Below the pieces are notes generated by a model. That model did no database searches and was not told the origin of the DNA. It saw only the letters and a program-made list of their open reading frames with translations. The position numbers and the translations under genes were made by a program. A stretch of 63,704 bases of DNA from Gammaproteobacteria bacterium (GTDB lineage: Bacteria > Pseudomonadota > Gammaproteobacteria > UBA1113): positions 67,817-131,520 of the forward strand of contig JAJNBM010000003.1 in NCBI GenBank assembly GCA_021156165.1, read 5' to 3'. Below are positions 1 through 9,698 of the stretch, in pieces (positions within the stretch are counted from its first letter, which is position 1; each line of letters starts with the position of its first letter).

Positions 1-2190
1 CGGGTCGTTGGTGTAATCCGTACCCGAAAATAAATACAGTCTAGTATAGCCATCTTGATGCAATAGGTGAGCAATCTCTATTCCTGTTATATTTTCAGTC
101 TTAAATTGGTTATCAATAAGAAATTTGGTATCCTTAGCATAAAGATGCACATTATCTAAAAATTCTTTGGCAGTATAATAGCCGCAAACCTTATAATTTC
201 TATTTACGGAATAGTTAAATATAAAAGTGTCAACAAGTGATTTATAATCATCCACTACAACCAAATCTACAGTTCTTAACTTTTTAACGGCATTGGTTTC
301 GGATGTTTTTATAATTATCTCCACCTCCGATGCCAATGGCTTAGGCAAAATCTTGGTTTCAGTAACTTGGGCTAAATCGCGAATTCTTTGGTTATTATGG
401 TGGCTTGTTACCAAAATAGAACGCTTTACGCCGGTTTGTTTTACTACATCGAGACCATGTAAATTTTGACTCAGTAACTCATAGTCTGTTAACAAAAATA
501 TCTTGTCTTTCTCTTCTGAACTTAAGTGATTCATAAATGAAATGGCCACACGCCCATCTTTAAAATTTTTGCGCTCAATCTCGGGTGCTACTTGATTAAA
601 TCTGGCATCCCAAGCTCCATGGATCGACTCATCATCATCCAGAATGATAATTAAATCATCCTCGCACACTTCAATTTTCTCAGCAATCCAATTCGGCGCT
701 GCAATTTTTGGAAAAGTTAAAATTATTTTTGTTCCAATACCAATAGCAGTTTCTATATTTAAGGTTCCATTATTCTTTGCTAGAGTCGTTCTGATTTGTT
801 CAAACCCAATCCCATGCCCGTCACTTTTGCCAGAGGTCACTGCGGTATTGTTCAAGATATTGGCTTTTACTTCTTCTGGCATACCCTTACCGTTATCTTG
901 TATAATAATTTGCACAGTATTAGCAATTACTTCCAAGGAAGTGATTATTTCACCAATTTTGCCATCAAAAGCCTCTACAGCATTATTAATCAAATTGGAC
1001 ATCATGCGTTTAAATGTCTGCACGTCCACATTTAGAAAAGCGAAATATCCACTTGGACTAATACGAGTTATAAAATCTATCGATAATCGGCTATGTTCAT
1101 ATTTCTTCTCAGTAATAATCTCTAGCAGTTCAGCCGAAATGAGTGTAGAAACAGGAAAAGCTTCATCTGTAGCAACTGCGTCTTTTTTTACTAGTTTAAA
1201 TTGATTCAGTAGATTATTGGCAATATCTAAAATACGTGATGCAGATCTATTTAATGGCACACGCAAGTTTTCCGGTAATTTATTATTACATAATGGTAAA
1301 ATCATCTGTATTGAGGCAATGGGCGAGCGTATATCATGAACGACTTGCTCTACAATCTTTTTGAACTTTTGTTGTTGTTCCTGAACGATTTTATGAGCCT
1401 GATTTTCCAGCGCCAAACGTTCCGCATTCTTACGATCAGTAATATCCATAGATACACCCACGATGCCAATCACATTACCTTTAGAGTCACGAAGCTGACG
1501 TTTAGAAGAAAAAACGTATTTAGTTGTTTCATCTACCGGATTGGTAACAATTTCTTCTCCAGAATAACTTCCATGTTCTAAAACATACTGGTCAACGAGC
1601 TTAAACTTATCCGCTTCTTCTCTAGAGAATATATCATATTCAGTTTTACCGGCAATATCAAAACCCCATATATCTTTTTGGTATTGATTACAGGCAATAT
1701 AAGGCCCATCTTTATGCTTCCAGTAAATGAAGGCAGGAACCAGATCCACTATTTGTGCCGTTTTTAGTTCTTCTTCTCGAATCGCCAGTTGTTTTTCTTG
1801 CTCCATTTTATTTTTTATGTCAGTGATGCGAATCGAGCTTCCAAACACACCAACCACTGCCCCAGTGATATCGAGCAGTCTAGTCTTAGTGCTCAAATAA
1901 TATTCTAGCTGCCCATTGATCGTGGCAGATTCTTCGCCTACAAATGTAGCTTGTTGAATGGCTAGGGCATTGTTTTCTCTCATCTGATCCGCATCTTCTT
2001 TGCTATAAAAATCATAATCCGTTTTGCCTATAACTTGTGACCGATCTGTTAAGCTCAATATTTCAAGATAATGGCGGTTACAGCCCAAATAATGCCCCTC
2101 ACAATCCTTCCAGTAAACCGCAAGATCAATCATATCCAGTAATTGATATACGTCTTCTTTGTCCAGATTTTGCCGTATGACTTGTTGCAT
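1..2190 (-). CDS. Hybrid sensor histidine kinase: PAS-PAS-HisKA-HATPase_c plus two receiver-like domains (3' end runs off the window; absent from the supplied ORF track)
   Basis: My own reverse-strand translation from ATG 2190-2188 stays open for 730 codons to position 1 (MQQVIRQNLDKEDVYQLLDMIDLAVYWKDCEGHYLGCN...). H-box EQVVHDIRSPI (His codon 1338-1336). N-box NLINNAVEAF. G1 QDNGKGMPEE (900-871). G2 GHGIGF. Receiver patterns IIILDDDES..LLTDYEL..ILPKP and LVVVDD..FLIDNQF..LFSG follow. AAGGAG lies 11 nt upstream, inside the NRPS 3' end. Confidence 0.85.
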   Translation of the reverse strand, partial: MQQVIRQNLDKEDVYQLLDMIDLAVYWKDCEGHYLGCNRHYLEILSLTDRSQVIGKTDYDFYSKEDADQMRENNALAIQQATFVGEESATINGQLEYYLSTKTRLLDITGAVVGVFGSSIRITDIKNKMEQEKQLAIREEELKTAQIVDLVPAFIYWKHKDGPYIACNQYQKDIWGFDIAGKTEYDIFSREEADKFKLVDQYVLEHGSYSGEEIVTNPVDETTKYVFSSKRQLRDSKGNVIGIVGVSMDITDRKNAERLALENQAHKIVQEQQQKFKKIVEQVVHDIRSPIASIQMILPLCNNKLPENLRVPLNRSASRILDIANNLLNQFKLVKKDAVATDEAFPVSTLISAELLEIITEKKYEHSRLSIDFITRISPSGYFAFLNVDVQTFKRMMSNLINNAVEAFDGKIGEIITSLEVIANTVQIIIQDNGKGMPEEVKANILNNTAVTSGKSDGHGIGFEQIRTTLAKNNGTLNIETAIGIGTKIILTFPKIAAPNWIAEKIEVCEDDLIIILDDDESIHGAWDARFNQVAPEIERKNFKDGRVAISFMNHLSSEEKDKIFLLTDYELLSQNLHGLDVVKQTGVKRSILVTSHHNNQRIRDLAQVTETKILPKPLASEVEIIIKTSETNAVKKLRTVDLVVVDDYKSLVDTFIFNYSVNRNYKVCGYYTAKEFLDNVHLYAKDTKFLIDNQFKTENITGIEIAHLLHQDGYTRLYLFSGTDYTNDP

Positions 2191-2192
2191 TT

Positions 2193-5100
2193 TTAAACTA
2201 TCTCCTTAAGCAGTTTGCTGGAACTATACCATGAAACAATATTTTTGTATAGTATATCTACTTGATCAAGAAGAGTGAAATGATCTGCTTGCATTTTTAC
2301 TAACTCTATATTGGAAGCATCAATAATTTTATCTATATTATTATAATACAATTCAAGAACATAGTCGCTTTGAAATTTATAATTGTTAAAATATTTCCTC
2401 GTACCATATTGCATGGCTTTAAATAAGATTGCTTCTGAATATAATAATGGAGTGTCGGTAGTCTGTCTGGCTAATTGTATATCACTTGAAATGTTGGTAA
2501 TGATTTTATTAATCAAGTTCTCTTCATAATCTTGGCTTTCCAAAAATTGACGAAACAAAGCATTATCAATTTTTAACATATCGCCATAATAGTAGGATAA
2601 TTGATTATCGGTAAGTGCTGGATCTAGTAGAATGAGCTTAATAGATTGACAACCTTTCCTTTCCAAAATACTGGCCATCTCCAAAGCAATCTGCCCCCCT
2701 AAAGACCAGCCCAACAATAAATACGGTTGTTCAGATTGCTTCGTCATGGCTCTGACTTCATCAATTTCATACAAATAATATAATGCCAACTGATTCAAAT
2801 CTGTCATTTTTTCTTCATGATACAAATTATAATTTTCTATACCATAACAATTAAAGCGACTAGATAATTTGTCCGCTAAGGGTGCATATATTTCAATTCC
2901 CGAAAAAGCCGAGTGTACTATAAATAAATCTGGCTTATTATTATGAACTACACTGAATTTTGTAATCGGTTCAAATTTTGGATTGAAATGAGATACTAGA
3001 TCAGCTATTTTTTCCACTGTCTTTGCTTTAAAGATGTCTGCTATTTTTAACTGCACATCAAAATAAATATTAATTTCATTTAATAACTTAATCGCTGAAA
3101 GACTATCGCCACCTACCATAAAGAAACTATCGTTTTTTCCTACATCAGTTACCGTTTTTTTGCCTAACACCCTTGTGATTATGCTACAAATTTGTTTTTC
3201 ACATTTTGTTACTGGAGCAACATAATGCGCCAATGCTCTTAATTCCATTTTAAGCAAGGCACTTTTATCTAGCTTTCCATTTGTGGTTAAAGGCAAAGAG
3301 CTCAAATACACCAAAATAGTCGGTATCATATATTCAGGTAGTCGTTCATTCAAATAACGGAATAAAGTTGATTCATCTAACTTATAATCAGCGACATAAT
3401 AACCTATAAAATATTTATTACTTTGCCCCTCATCCACTGCCAAAACTACAGCTTGTTTAACTTGCGGATAGCTATAAAGCACAGCTTCAATTTCAGCGAT
3501 TTCCACCCTAAAACCCCGGATTTTTACTTGTGAGTCATTACGACCCATGTATTCTAGATTAAGGTCAGGTCTATAGCGCACTAAATCTCCTGTTTTATAG
3601 AGTCGGTCATTAATATTCTTCTCTTTTTCCTCTTTAGTTTGAAATGGATTTTTTATAAATTTATTTTGAGTTAATTCCGGTAAATTTAAATAACCTCGGG
3701 CTACACCAATGCCACCTATATACAACTCACCCACGGCACCTATGGGTAAAAGACGTCCAACGTCATCTAAAATATAGGCTTTTGTATTTTGAATTGGCTT
3801 ACCTATGAGATGAACTTGCCCATCTATTATTTTACAACCTGAGCAATAGATTGAAGTTTCCGTGGGGCCATAATAGTTAAATAAGTTTTTCTGCGCAGAC
3901 CAATATAAAGCCGTTTCTTTATCACAGGGTTCCCCAGCATAAATCAAATTTATTAAATCTGGATACGCTTGGCGTTTTATTAAAGACAGGATGGCCGGCG
4001 GCAGATAGCATACTTGGATTTTATGACTCAATAAGTAGTCACTTAATAAATTTGCATCTTTTCGTAGTTCATTTGATAATATATGAAGTTCACACCCATT
4101 CAATAAAGTCGCCATCATTTCTGATACTGAAACATCAAATACGTAAGCACAAAAGAATCCCACTTTGCTATTAGGTATTGCTGTATAGATATTTTTTATT
4201 GCAAATACCGTATTTAGAACACCACGGTGTTCAATCGCGACGCCTTTGGGATGGCCGGTAGTACCACTGGTATACATGACATAGGCCAAATGATAACTTT
4301 TCGCCCCTAATTCTGGACTGGCTATTGACTCCTGGCTTAAACAAGCTTGTAGTTTACTATTATCTATCCTTACAACTTCAAGAGACAAATTCCATTCTTT
4401 GAAAAAGGGTGATATCCTTTGCACATGATGTTCATTAGCAATAAGTAGTTTAGTTTTAGTATCTTTTAAAATATAGTGAATTCGCTCCAGAGGATAAGCC
4501 GGATCTATTGGAACATAGGCTGCGCCTGATTTAAGCACAGCAAGAATAGCTATTACCATAGTCTCAGTTCGATCTACACACAAAGCAATTAAGTCTTCTG
4601 GATGAATAGGATGTATGTTTCTTAGATAGTTTGCCAGTTGGTTGGCTTTTGCATTTAATTCCTCGTAAGTTAATTTTATATTTTCATAGACAATTGCAAT
4701 ACGATGAGGTGTTTTTTCCACTTGCTCTTCAAATAACTGCTGAATGGTTTTATCCCTATTACAATCCAGCCTCGGATTATCAAAAGTATAAATTAATTTG
4801 TTAAAGTCTACTTCATCTAAGCGCATTTTGTTTCTGGAATAGATTATATCTTGCAAACTTATTTTTAAATATTTAACAAAATATTCTAAATAGTCCGAAT
4901 CAACATATTCATCACTTACACTAATTTCCAATTTAAAATCATTACCATTTTGACGGTTCACACTTAATACAAAAGGAATATTGGTTTTGACATATTCTTC
5001 CAGTTTAACGATGGCATCTGATCTTTGTTGCAGGACATCAAAATTTGTAAAATTAAATACAAAGCTATATAAATCATGTCCAAGCATAGACTTGATATGT

Positions 5101-8100
5101 CCATAAGGCATATGCTTATATGGGCGTATTTTCACCTTTGTATCAAATGCCAACTGTATCCCAGAATCATTATCCCGTACTTCATTTAATTTAACTCTAA
5201 ATGGAATGGTATTCACAAACAAGCCAAATAATTCTTCACCCCCTTTTTGCTCGGGCCGATTGTTAACAACAAGCCCAATTGTAATATCATCATTATTCAA
5301 TAAAAAAGCTAAGGTTTTTATGTAAGCCCATAAAAAAACGCTGTCTACACTAACCTCGTTTTTATTCGCCAGTCTAAGTATACCTTGGCTCTCTTCCGAA
5401 GATAAACTAAATGACGCGCCAAGCAGTGCATTTTTTGACTTGGCATTTGTAAAATTCCATTTTATATTAGGCGCAGACACTTCATCTAAATATTCTTTCC
5501 AAAAATCAATTGTAAAAGTGTTATTAATTATAGCCAACTCATGTTTTACAAATTGCCCATAACATAAAGAACTTACTAATGGTTTAATAGGTTTATCGTA
5601 AACATAAGCTTGAGCAAATTCGTTTATTAGCATGGTCACACTCCAACCATCATTTATACTATGGTGACTGGAAAAAATGAAAGAGAACTTTTCATTTAAA
5701 TTGTTCACAATTAATCTAAACAATCCTGTCTTAGCACAGTTTACCGGGTTGTTACGTTCTTGATTAACTAATGTCTCAATATCTGCAGCGCGATGAATGA
5801 TAATCTGGATATAGTCTAATTTCTTTTTAACAATGGCGTTATAGCCATCGACCGTGCTTTTCACAAACCTTGCTCTTAACAATTCATGCTTTTGAGTTAA
5901 GTGATTCCAAACCTCTCTAAATTTACTTTCATTAAACGGCTTATTAACCATATAGCAGAATAAATTGTGATAGGTGGTTTTTTCACTGTGTAATTCCGAT
6001 TCTAATAACATGCCGGCTTGCAGATAACTAGCAGGATAAATATCCTCGACATTATCATCCAGCAGAAAATCTTTGTTTAAATTAATCAAGCTAAATTTAA
6101 CATATTCCTCGGGTACCTCTAACCCATCCTTTGAACCAGCAATAAAATCAGACAAATTAGAAACGTTTTTAGCCTCAAAGACGTTTTTAACAGTTATATT
6201 TCTATTAAAATCTGCTTTCAACCTGTTCGCCAACTTAATAGCCAGGATGCTATCTCCCCCTAATTTAAAAAAGCTATCATAAATACTAATTTGCTCGGAG
6301 TTGAGGCTTAACACTTCAGCATAAATCGCACATAACTGAACGTCTAATTCATGTCTCGGTGCGCTATAGGCTACATTACGCTTCAATTTTGGCTCTGGCA
6401 ATGCATTTCTATCAACTTTACCATTCAACGTCAGTGGTAGCTGCTTTAAATTCATTAAAGCAGCCGGAACCATGTAATTGGGAAGTCGTTGCTCCAAATA
6501 GTTTAGAAGGATTTCTTCATTTATTTGAATGTCCGACACATAATAAGCTGCTATATATTTGTTGTTGTGGCTATAAGAGTCAGTTTCATGTGTTTTCGCA
6601 ACAACAATGGCTTGTTTTATGTTCGGATACAGCAACAATATGGCTTCTATTTCGCCAGGTTCAACCCTAAACCCCCGAATTTTTAACTGACCGTCATCCC
6701 TACCAATATATTCTACGTTTCCGTCTGAACTATAACGAACCCAATCACCTGTTTTATAGAGACGATTATTTTTATGCGCAAATCTCTCTTCATCACTTTG
6801 GAAGGGATTATTAATAAATTTTTCTTTAGTTAGATCTGGTAAGTTTAGATAGCCTCGGGCTACTCCAATACCGCCTATATACAATTCACCCGCAGCGCCA
6901 ATAGGTACAGGATTGCCAATACCATCTAAAATATAGGCTTTTGCATTATGAATTGGCTTACCGATGAAATGAATTTGTCCATTCATTATTTTACAGCCTA
7001 AACAATAGATAGATGCCTCCGTTGGCCCATAGTAGTTAAATAAGTTTTTCTGTTTAGACCAGTATAAGCCAGTCTCTTTATCACACGGCTCTCCAGCATA
7101 CATCACATTGATTAAATCTGGGTACTCCTGACGTTTCATTAGGGATAAGAGTGCGGGTGGCAGATAACACACCTGAATTTTGTTAAGCAATAAATAGTCA
7201 CTTAATAGCGACACGTCTTTTCTCAGCTCATTGGATAATATATGGAGCTCACATCCATTCAGTAAAGGCCCCATCATTTCCGCTACTGAAACATCAAATA
7301 CATAAGAACAAAAAAAGGTAGTTTTGCTATTATCCACTACCGTATAGATATTTCTTATTGAGAATATTGTATTAACCACGCTTACATGTTCGACCATGAC
7401 ACCTTTAGGGCTGCCTGTAGTGCCACTGGTATACATGGTATAGGCCAAATGATTGCTTTTGGTACTGGACTGTGGATTCATTATTAACTTTTTAAATAAG
7501 TGTATTTGGGATTCACAATTATCAATCATAAAAATATCAAGAGATAAATCGTATTCTTTGCAAAAAGAAACCATTTTCTGTGCATGACGTTCATTTGTAA
7601 TTAATAGTTTAGGCCTAGTATCTTCCAGAATATAACGGATTCGCTCCATAGGATAATCTGGATCCAAGGGCACATAAGCTGCGCCTGATTTAAGCACGGC
7701 AAGAATAGCTATTATCATAGCCTCCGATCTATCTACGCATAAAGCAATTAAATCATCTGCTTTTATAGTATAGGTACTCTTCAGATAATGGGCTAATTGA
7801 TTTGCTCTTATGTTTAACTCATTATAGGTGAGTTTAATATTTTCATAGACAACAGCAATATTGTTAGGTGTTTTTATGACTTGCTCTTCAAACAATTGGT
7901 GGATGGTTTTATCTGTTGGAGAATCCATCTCAGTTTTATTCCACCCATAAACTATTTTCTGATACTCCGTATCCGTTAGTAGACTAATCGTACTCAAATC
8001 TTCATAGATAATAGGCTTATCCAATAGCACCCCTAAACAGTTGGCAATACTATTTATTTGCAGTTGATATACGCTATTACCACTGATTTTGAGCGCGCGG

Positions 8101-9509
8101 CCTTCTATGTTTATATACATTTTATGTCTATCAATATGCTCATCCGTTCTATGAAATGTTATGGCAATATCGGTCAACAATGATAAATGATGCCTATAAC
8201 CAAAGTCTTTCATTAAAAGATAGCAATTGTCTTTTAGCTGGTTTAAAGAGTCGGTTAACTCAGTAAAAGACTGAGCCAAGGTATTTCGACTAGCCCGTAT
8301 AAAATGACGTTTTTCTACAAGATTTTTCAGGGTTCTAGGTATGGTTTCATCAAAATTATATAAAGACAAAATAAAATCTTCATGAAAAAACCTAACTAAC
8401 ACAATGTAAATGATAGTTAGAGCCATGCTATTGCTAATCGAATCTGCTATAATAATATCTTTTGTATAATCATCTAAAGAATCACTTCCTATCGCATGAT
8501 TAAGAATTAATCTAGACGCATCGGCTTTATCTATAAATTCGCTGATTTGTTGCTTATATTTTGGTTCAAGCATTTTAACATTGGATATATACGACAAATC
8601 ATCCTGGCTTAATCTATATGGTTTTGATAGGAGAGTAGGTGTAATCGCCATATTGGTCTTATGACCATAAATATCTAGAGCAGTATTGAAAACATTTTCT
8701 TTTACATATTCTTTAAATTTACCAGACTTAAATAAGTTTCTATTTGGATCCTCTAGTATATAAAATCTATCATTTACAAAAATCTTAACGCTAGCCACTG
8801 AATTAACATATCCCTCGCCAAAAGTTAATCCCCGCACTAATTTATCTAAAGTAGCTAAGTCCTCGATTCCATTGACAAGTCCGTAATTCTCTGGGATATG
8901 TCTTAATCCATAGTAAGTTCTGTTTAATATATTTTGTTTGAACGTAGACAATGTCCCTGTATTAATCCTATTTATTGCCTCTTGAAATAAAGTGAGGAGG
9001 CTTTCGCTACATTTTAAATTTAATGATATCGTGGTTTCGTTCTCTTCAATTGGAACCGCAGATTGCAACGCGATATCCCCAGCATCAATCGCAGAGGTTA
9101 TGCAATGCAATGTAACTCCATGCGTTTTTTCGCCATTAATAATCGCCCAGGTGGTACTATTCACACCGGCATAGCGAGGCAGTAAGCTATCATGGTAGTT
9201 CAGTGCCAAAGTTATCTTATTTTGCTGAAAAAAGGATTCGGGAATTACATGCGGATTAGCAATACTAAAAAAATAAAACTTATTGTTATTAATTTCGGCT
9301 AAGCTGGCAAAGGGCAAAACCAAAATTGAATTCTGATTGCACCATTTAACAACAGTTCGATCGTTTGATATAACAGAGACTATTTCCCAACTGTTATCCC
9401 TTAATAGATGCTCTATACATTGGATACATAATTTTGTTTCACCTATTATTAATACTTTCTTTTTAAATAGTAATTCTCTAGAAGTATTCATATTAGCTAA
9501 ATACCACAC
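2193..9509 (-). CDS. Non-ribosomal peptide synthetase, F-(linker)-A-T-C-A-T-TE (N-terminal formyltransferase domain, two modules, terminal thioesterase)
   Basis: 2438-aa ORF. Formyltransferase motifs LALNYHDSLLPRYAG and IDAGDI. A1 motifs LAYTMYTSGTTGSPKGV, FNYYGPTE, GELYIGGIGVARGYLN, YKTGDWVRY, LKIRGFRVEPGEIE, NGKVDR. T1 LGGDS (6263-6249). C domain HHSINDGW (5666-5643). A2 LAYVMYTSGTTGHPKGV..NGKLDK. T2 VGGDS (3116-3101). TE GWSLGG (2714-2695) and a late DHF. Start is uncertain: GTG at 9509 or ATG at 9491. Confidence 0.93.
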   Translation of the reverse strand: MWYLANMNTSRELLFKKKVLIIGETKLCIQCIEHLLRDNSWEIVSVISNDRTVVKWCNQNSILVLPFASLAEINNNKFYFFSIANPHVIPESFFQQNKITLALNYHDSLLPRYAGVNSTTWAIINGEKTHGVTLHCITSAIDAGDIALQSAVPIEENETTISLNLKCSESLLTLFQEAINRINTGTLSTFKQNILNRTYYGLRHIPENYGLVNGIEDLATLDKLVRGLTFGEGYVNSVASVKIFVNDRFYILEDPNRNLFKSGKFKEYVKENVFNTALDIYGHKTNMAITPTLLSKPYRLSQDDLSYISNVKMLEPKYKQQISEFIDKADASRLILNHAIGSDSLDDYTKDIIIADSISNSMALTIIYIVLVRFFHEDFILSLYNFDETIPRTLKNLVEKRHFIRASRNTLAQSFTELTDSLNQLKDNCYLLMKDFGYRHHLSLLTDIAITFHRTDEHIDRHKMYINIEGRALKISGNSVYQLQINSIANCLGVLLDKPIIYEDLSTISLLTDTEYQKIVYGWNKTEMDSPTDKTIHQLFEEQVIKTPNNIAVVYENIKLTYNELNIRANQLAHYLKSTYTIKADDLIALCVDRSEAMIIAILAVLKSGAAYVPLDPDYPMERIRYILEDTRPKLLITNERHAQKMVSFCKEYDLSLDIFMIDNCESQIHLFKKLIMNPQSSTKSNHLAYTMYTSGTTGSPKGVMVEHVSVVNTIFSIRNIYTVVDNSKTTFFCSYVFDVSVAEMMGPLLNGCELHILSNELRKDVSLLSDYLLLNKIQVCYLPPALLSLMKRQEYPDLINVMYAGEPCDKETGLYWSKQKNLFNYYGPTEASIYCLGCKIMNGQIHFIGKPIHNAKAYILDGIGNPVPIGAAGELYIGGIGVARGYLNLPDLTKEKFINNPFQSDEERFAHKNNRLYKTGDWVRYSSDGNVEYIGRDDGQLKIRGFRVEPGEIEAILLLYPNIKQAIVVAKTHETDSYSHNNKYIAAYYVSDIQINEEILLNYLEQRLPNYMVPAALMNLKQLPLTLNGKVDRNALPEPKLKRNVAYSAPRHELDVQLCAIYAEVLSLNSEQISIYDSFFKLGGDSILAIKLANRLKADFNRNITVKNVFEAKNVSNLSDFIAGSKDGLEVPEEYVKFSLINLNKDFLLDDNVEDIYPASYLQAGMLLESELHSEKTTYHNLFCYMVNKPFNESKFREVWNHLTQKHELLRARFVKSTVDGYNAIVKKKLDYIQIIIHRAADIETLVNQERNNPVNCAKTGLFRLIVNNLNEKFSFIFSSHHSINDGWSVTMLINEFAQAYVYDKPIKPLVSSLCYGQFVKHELAIINNTFTIDFWKEYLDEVSAPNIKWNFTNAKSKNALLGASFSLSSEESQGILRLANKNEVSVDSVFLWAYIKTLAFLLNNDDITIGLVVNNRPEQKGGEELFGLFVNTIPFRVKLNEVRDNDSGIQLAFDTKVKIRPYKHMPYGHIKSMLGHDLYSFVFNFTNFDVLQQRSDAIVKLEEYVKTNIPFVLSVNRQNGNDFKLEISVSDEYVDSDYLEYFVKYLKISLQDIIYSRNKMRLDEVDFNKLIYTFDNPRLDCNRDKTIQQLFEEQVEKTPHRIAIVYENIKLTYEELNAKANQLANYLRNIHPIHPEDLIALCVDRTETMVIAILAVLKSGAAYVPIDPAYPLERIHYILKDTKTKLLIANEHHVQRISPFFKEWNLSLEVVRIDNSKLQACLSQESIASPELGAKSYHLAYVMYTSGTTGHPKGVAIEHRGVLNTVFAIKNIYTAIPNSKVGFFCAYVFDVSVSEMMATLLNGCELHILSNELRKDANLLSDYLLSHKIQVCYLPPAILSLIKRQAYPDLINLIYAGEPCDKETALYWSAQKNLFNYYGPTETSIYCSGCKIIDGQVHLIGKPIQNTKAYILDDVGRLLPIGAVGELYIGGIGVARGYLNLPELTQNKFIKNPFQTKEEKEKNINDRLYKTGDLVRYRPDLNLEYMGRNDSQVKIRGFRVEIAEIEAVLYSYPQVKQAVVLAVDEGQSNKYFIGYYVADYKLDESTLFRYLNERLPEYMIPTILVYLSSLPLTTNGKLDKSALLKMELRALAHYVAPVTKCEKQICSIITRVLGKKTVTDVGKNDSFFMVGGDSLSAIKLLNEINIYFDVQLKIADIFKAKTVEKIADLVSHFNPKFEPITKFSVVHNNKPDLFIVHSAFSGIEIYAPLADKLSSRFNCYGIENYNLYHEEKMTDLNQLALYYLYEIDEVRAMTKQSEQPYLLLGWSLGGQIALEMASILERKGCQSIKLILLDPALTDNQLSYYYGDMLKIDNALFRQFLESQDYEENLINKIITNISSDIQLARQTTDTPLLYSEAILFKAMQYGTRKYFNNYKFQSDYVLELYYNNIDKIIDASNIELVKMQADHFTLLDQVDILYKNIVSWYSSSKLLKEIV

Positions 9510-9698
9510 TAATAAACATATTACCTACCTTAAACATTATAATTTATTATACTAACTATGATATGCCTTTATCCTAGAACATTTAACTACCATAATAATA
9601 TAAGCGTTAGTAGATAATAATAGCACGATTTACTGCTAATATTCAACTTAATCAGCAGAAACGTGAAGTCTGTCTCGAGCGGGGGTTGGATATAAGCA

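Noticed and set aside
644-1581. Plus-strand ORFs 644-1204, 796-1035 and 1336-1581 from the track
   Set aside because: They are antisense to a 730-codon open frame with complete histidine-kinase motifs. Their low-complexity, Ile/Ser/Phe-rich translations are typical of antisense shadows in AT-rich DNA.
6073-9555. Plus-strand ORFs inside or at the edge of the NRPS gene (6073-6282, 6359-6670, 8992-9174, 9337-9555)
   Set aside because: They are antisense shadows of the 7.3-kb NRPS ORF, with no SD sequences or motifs.
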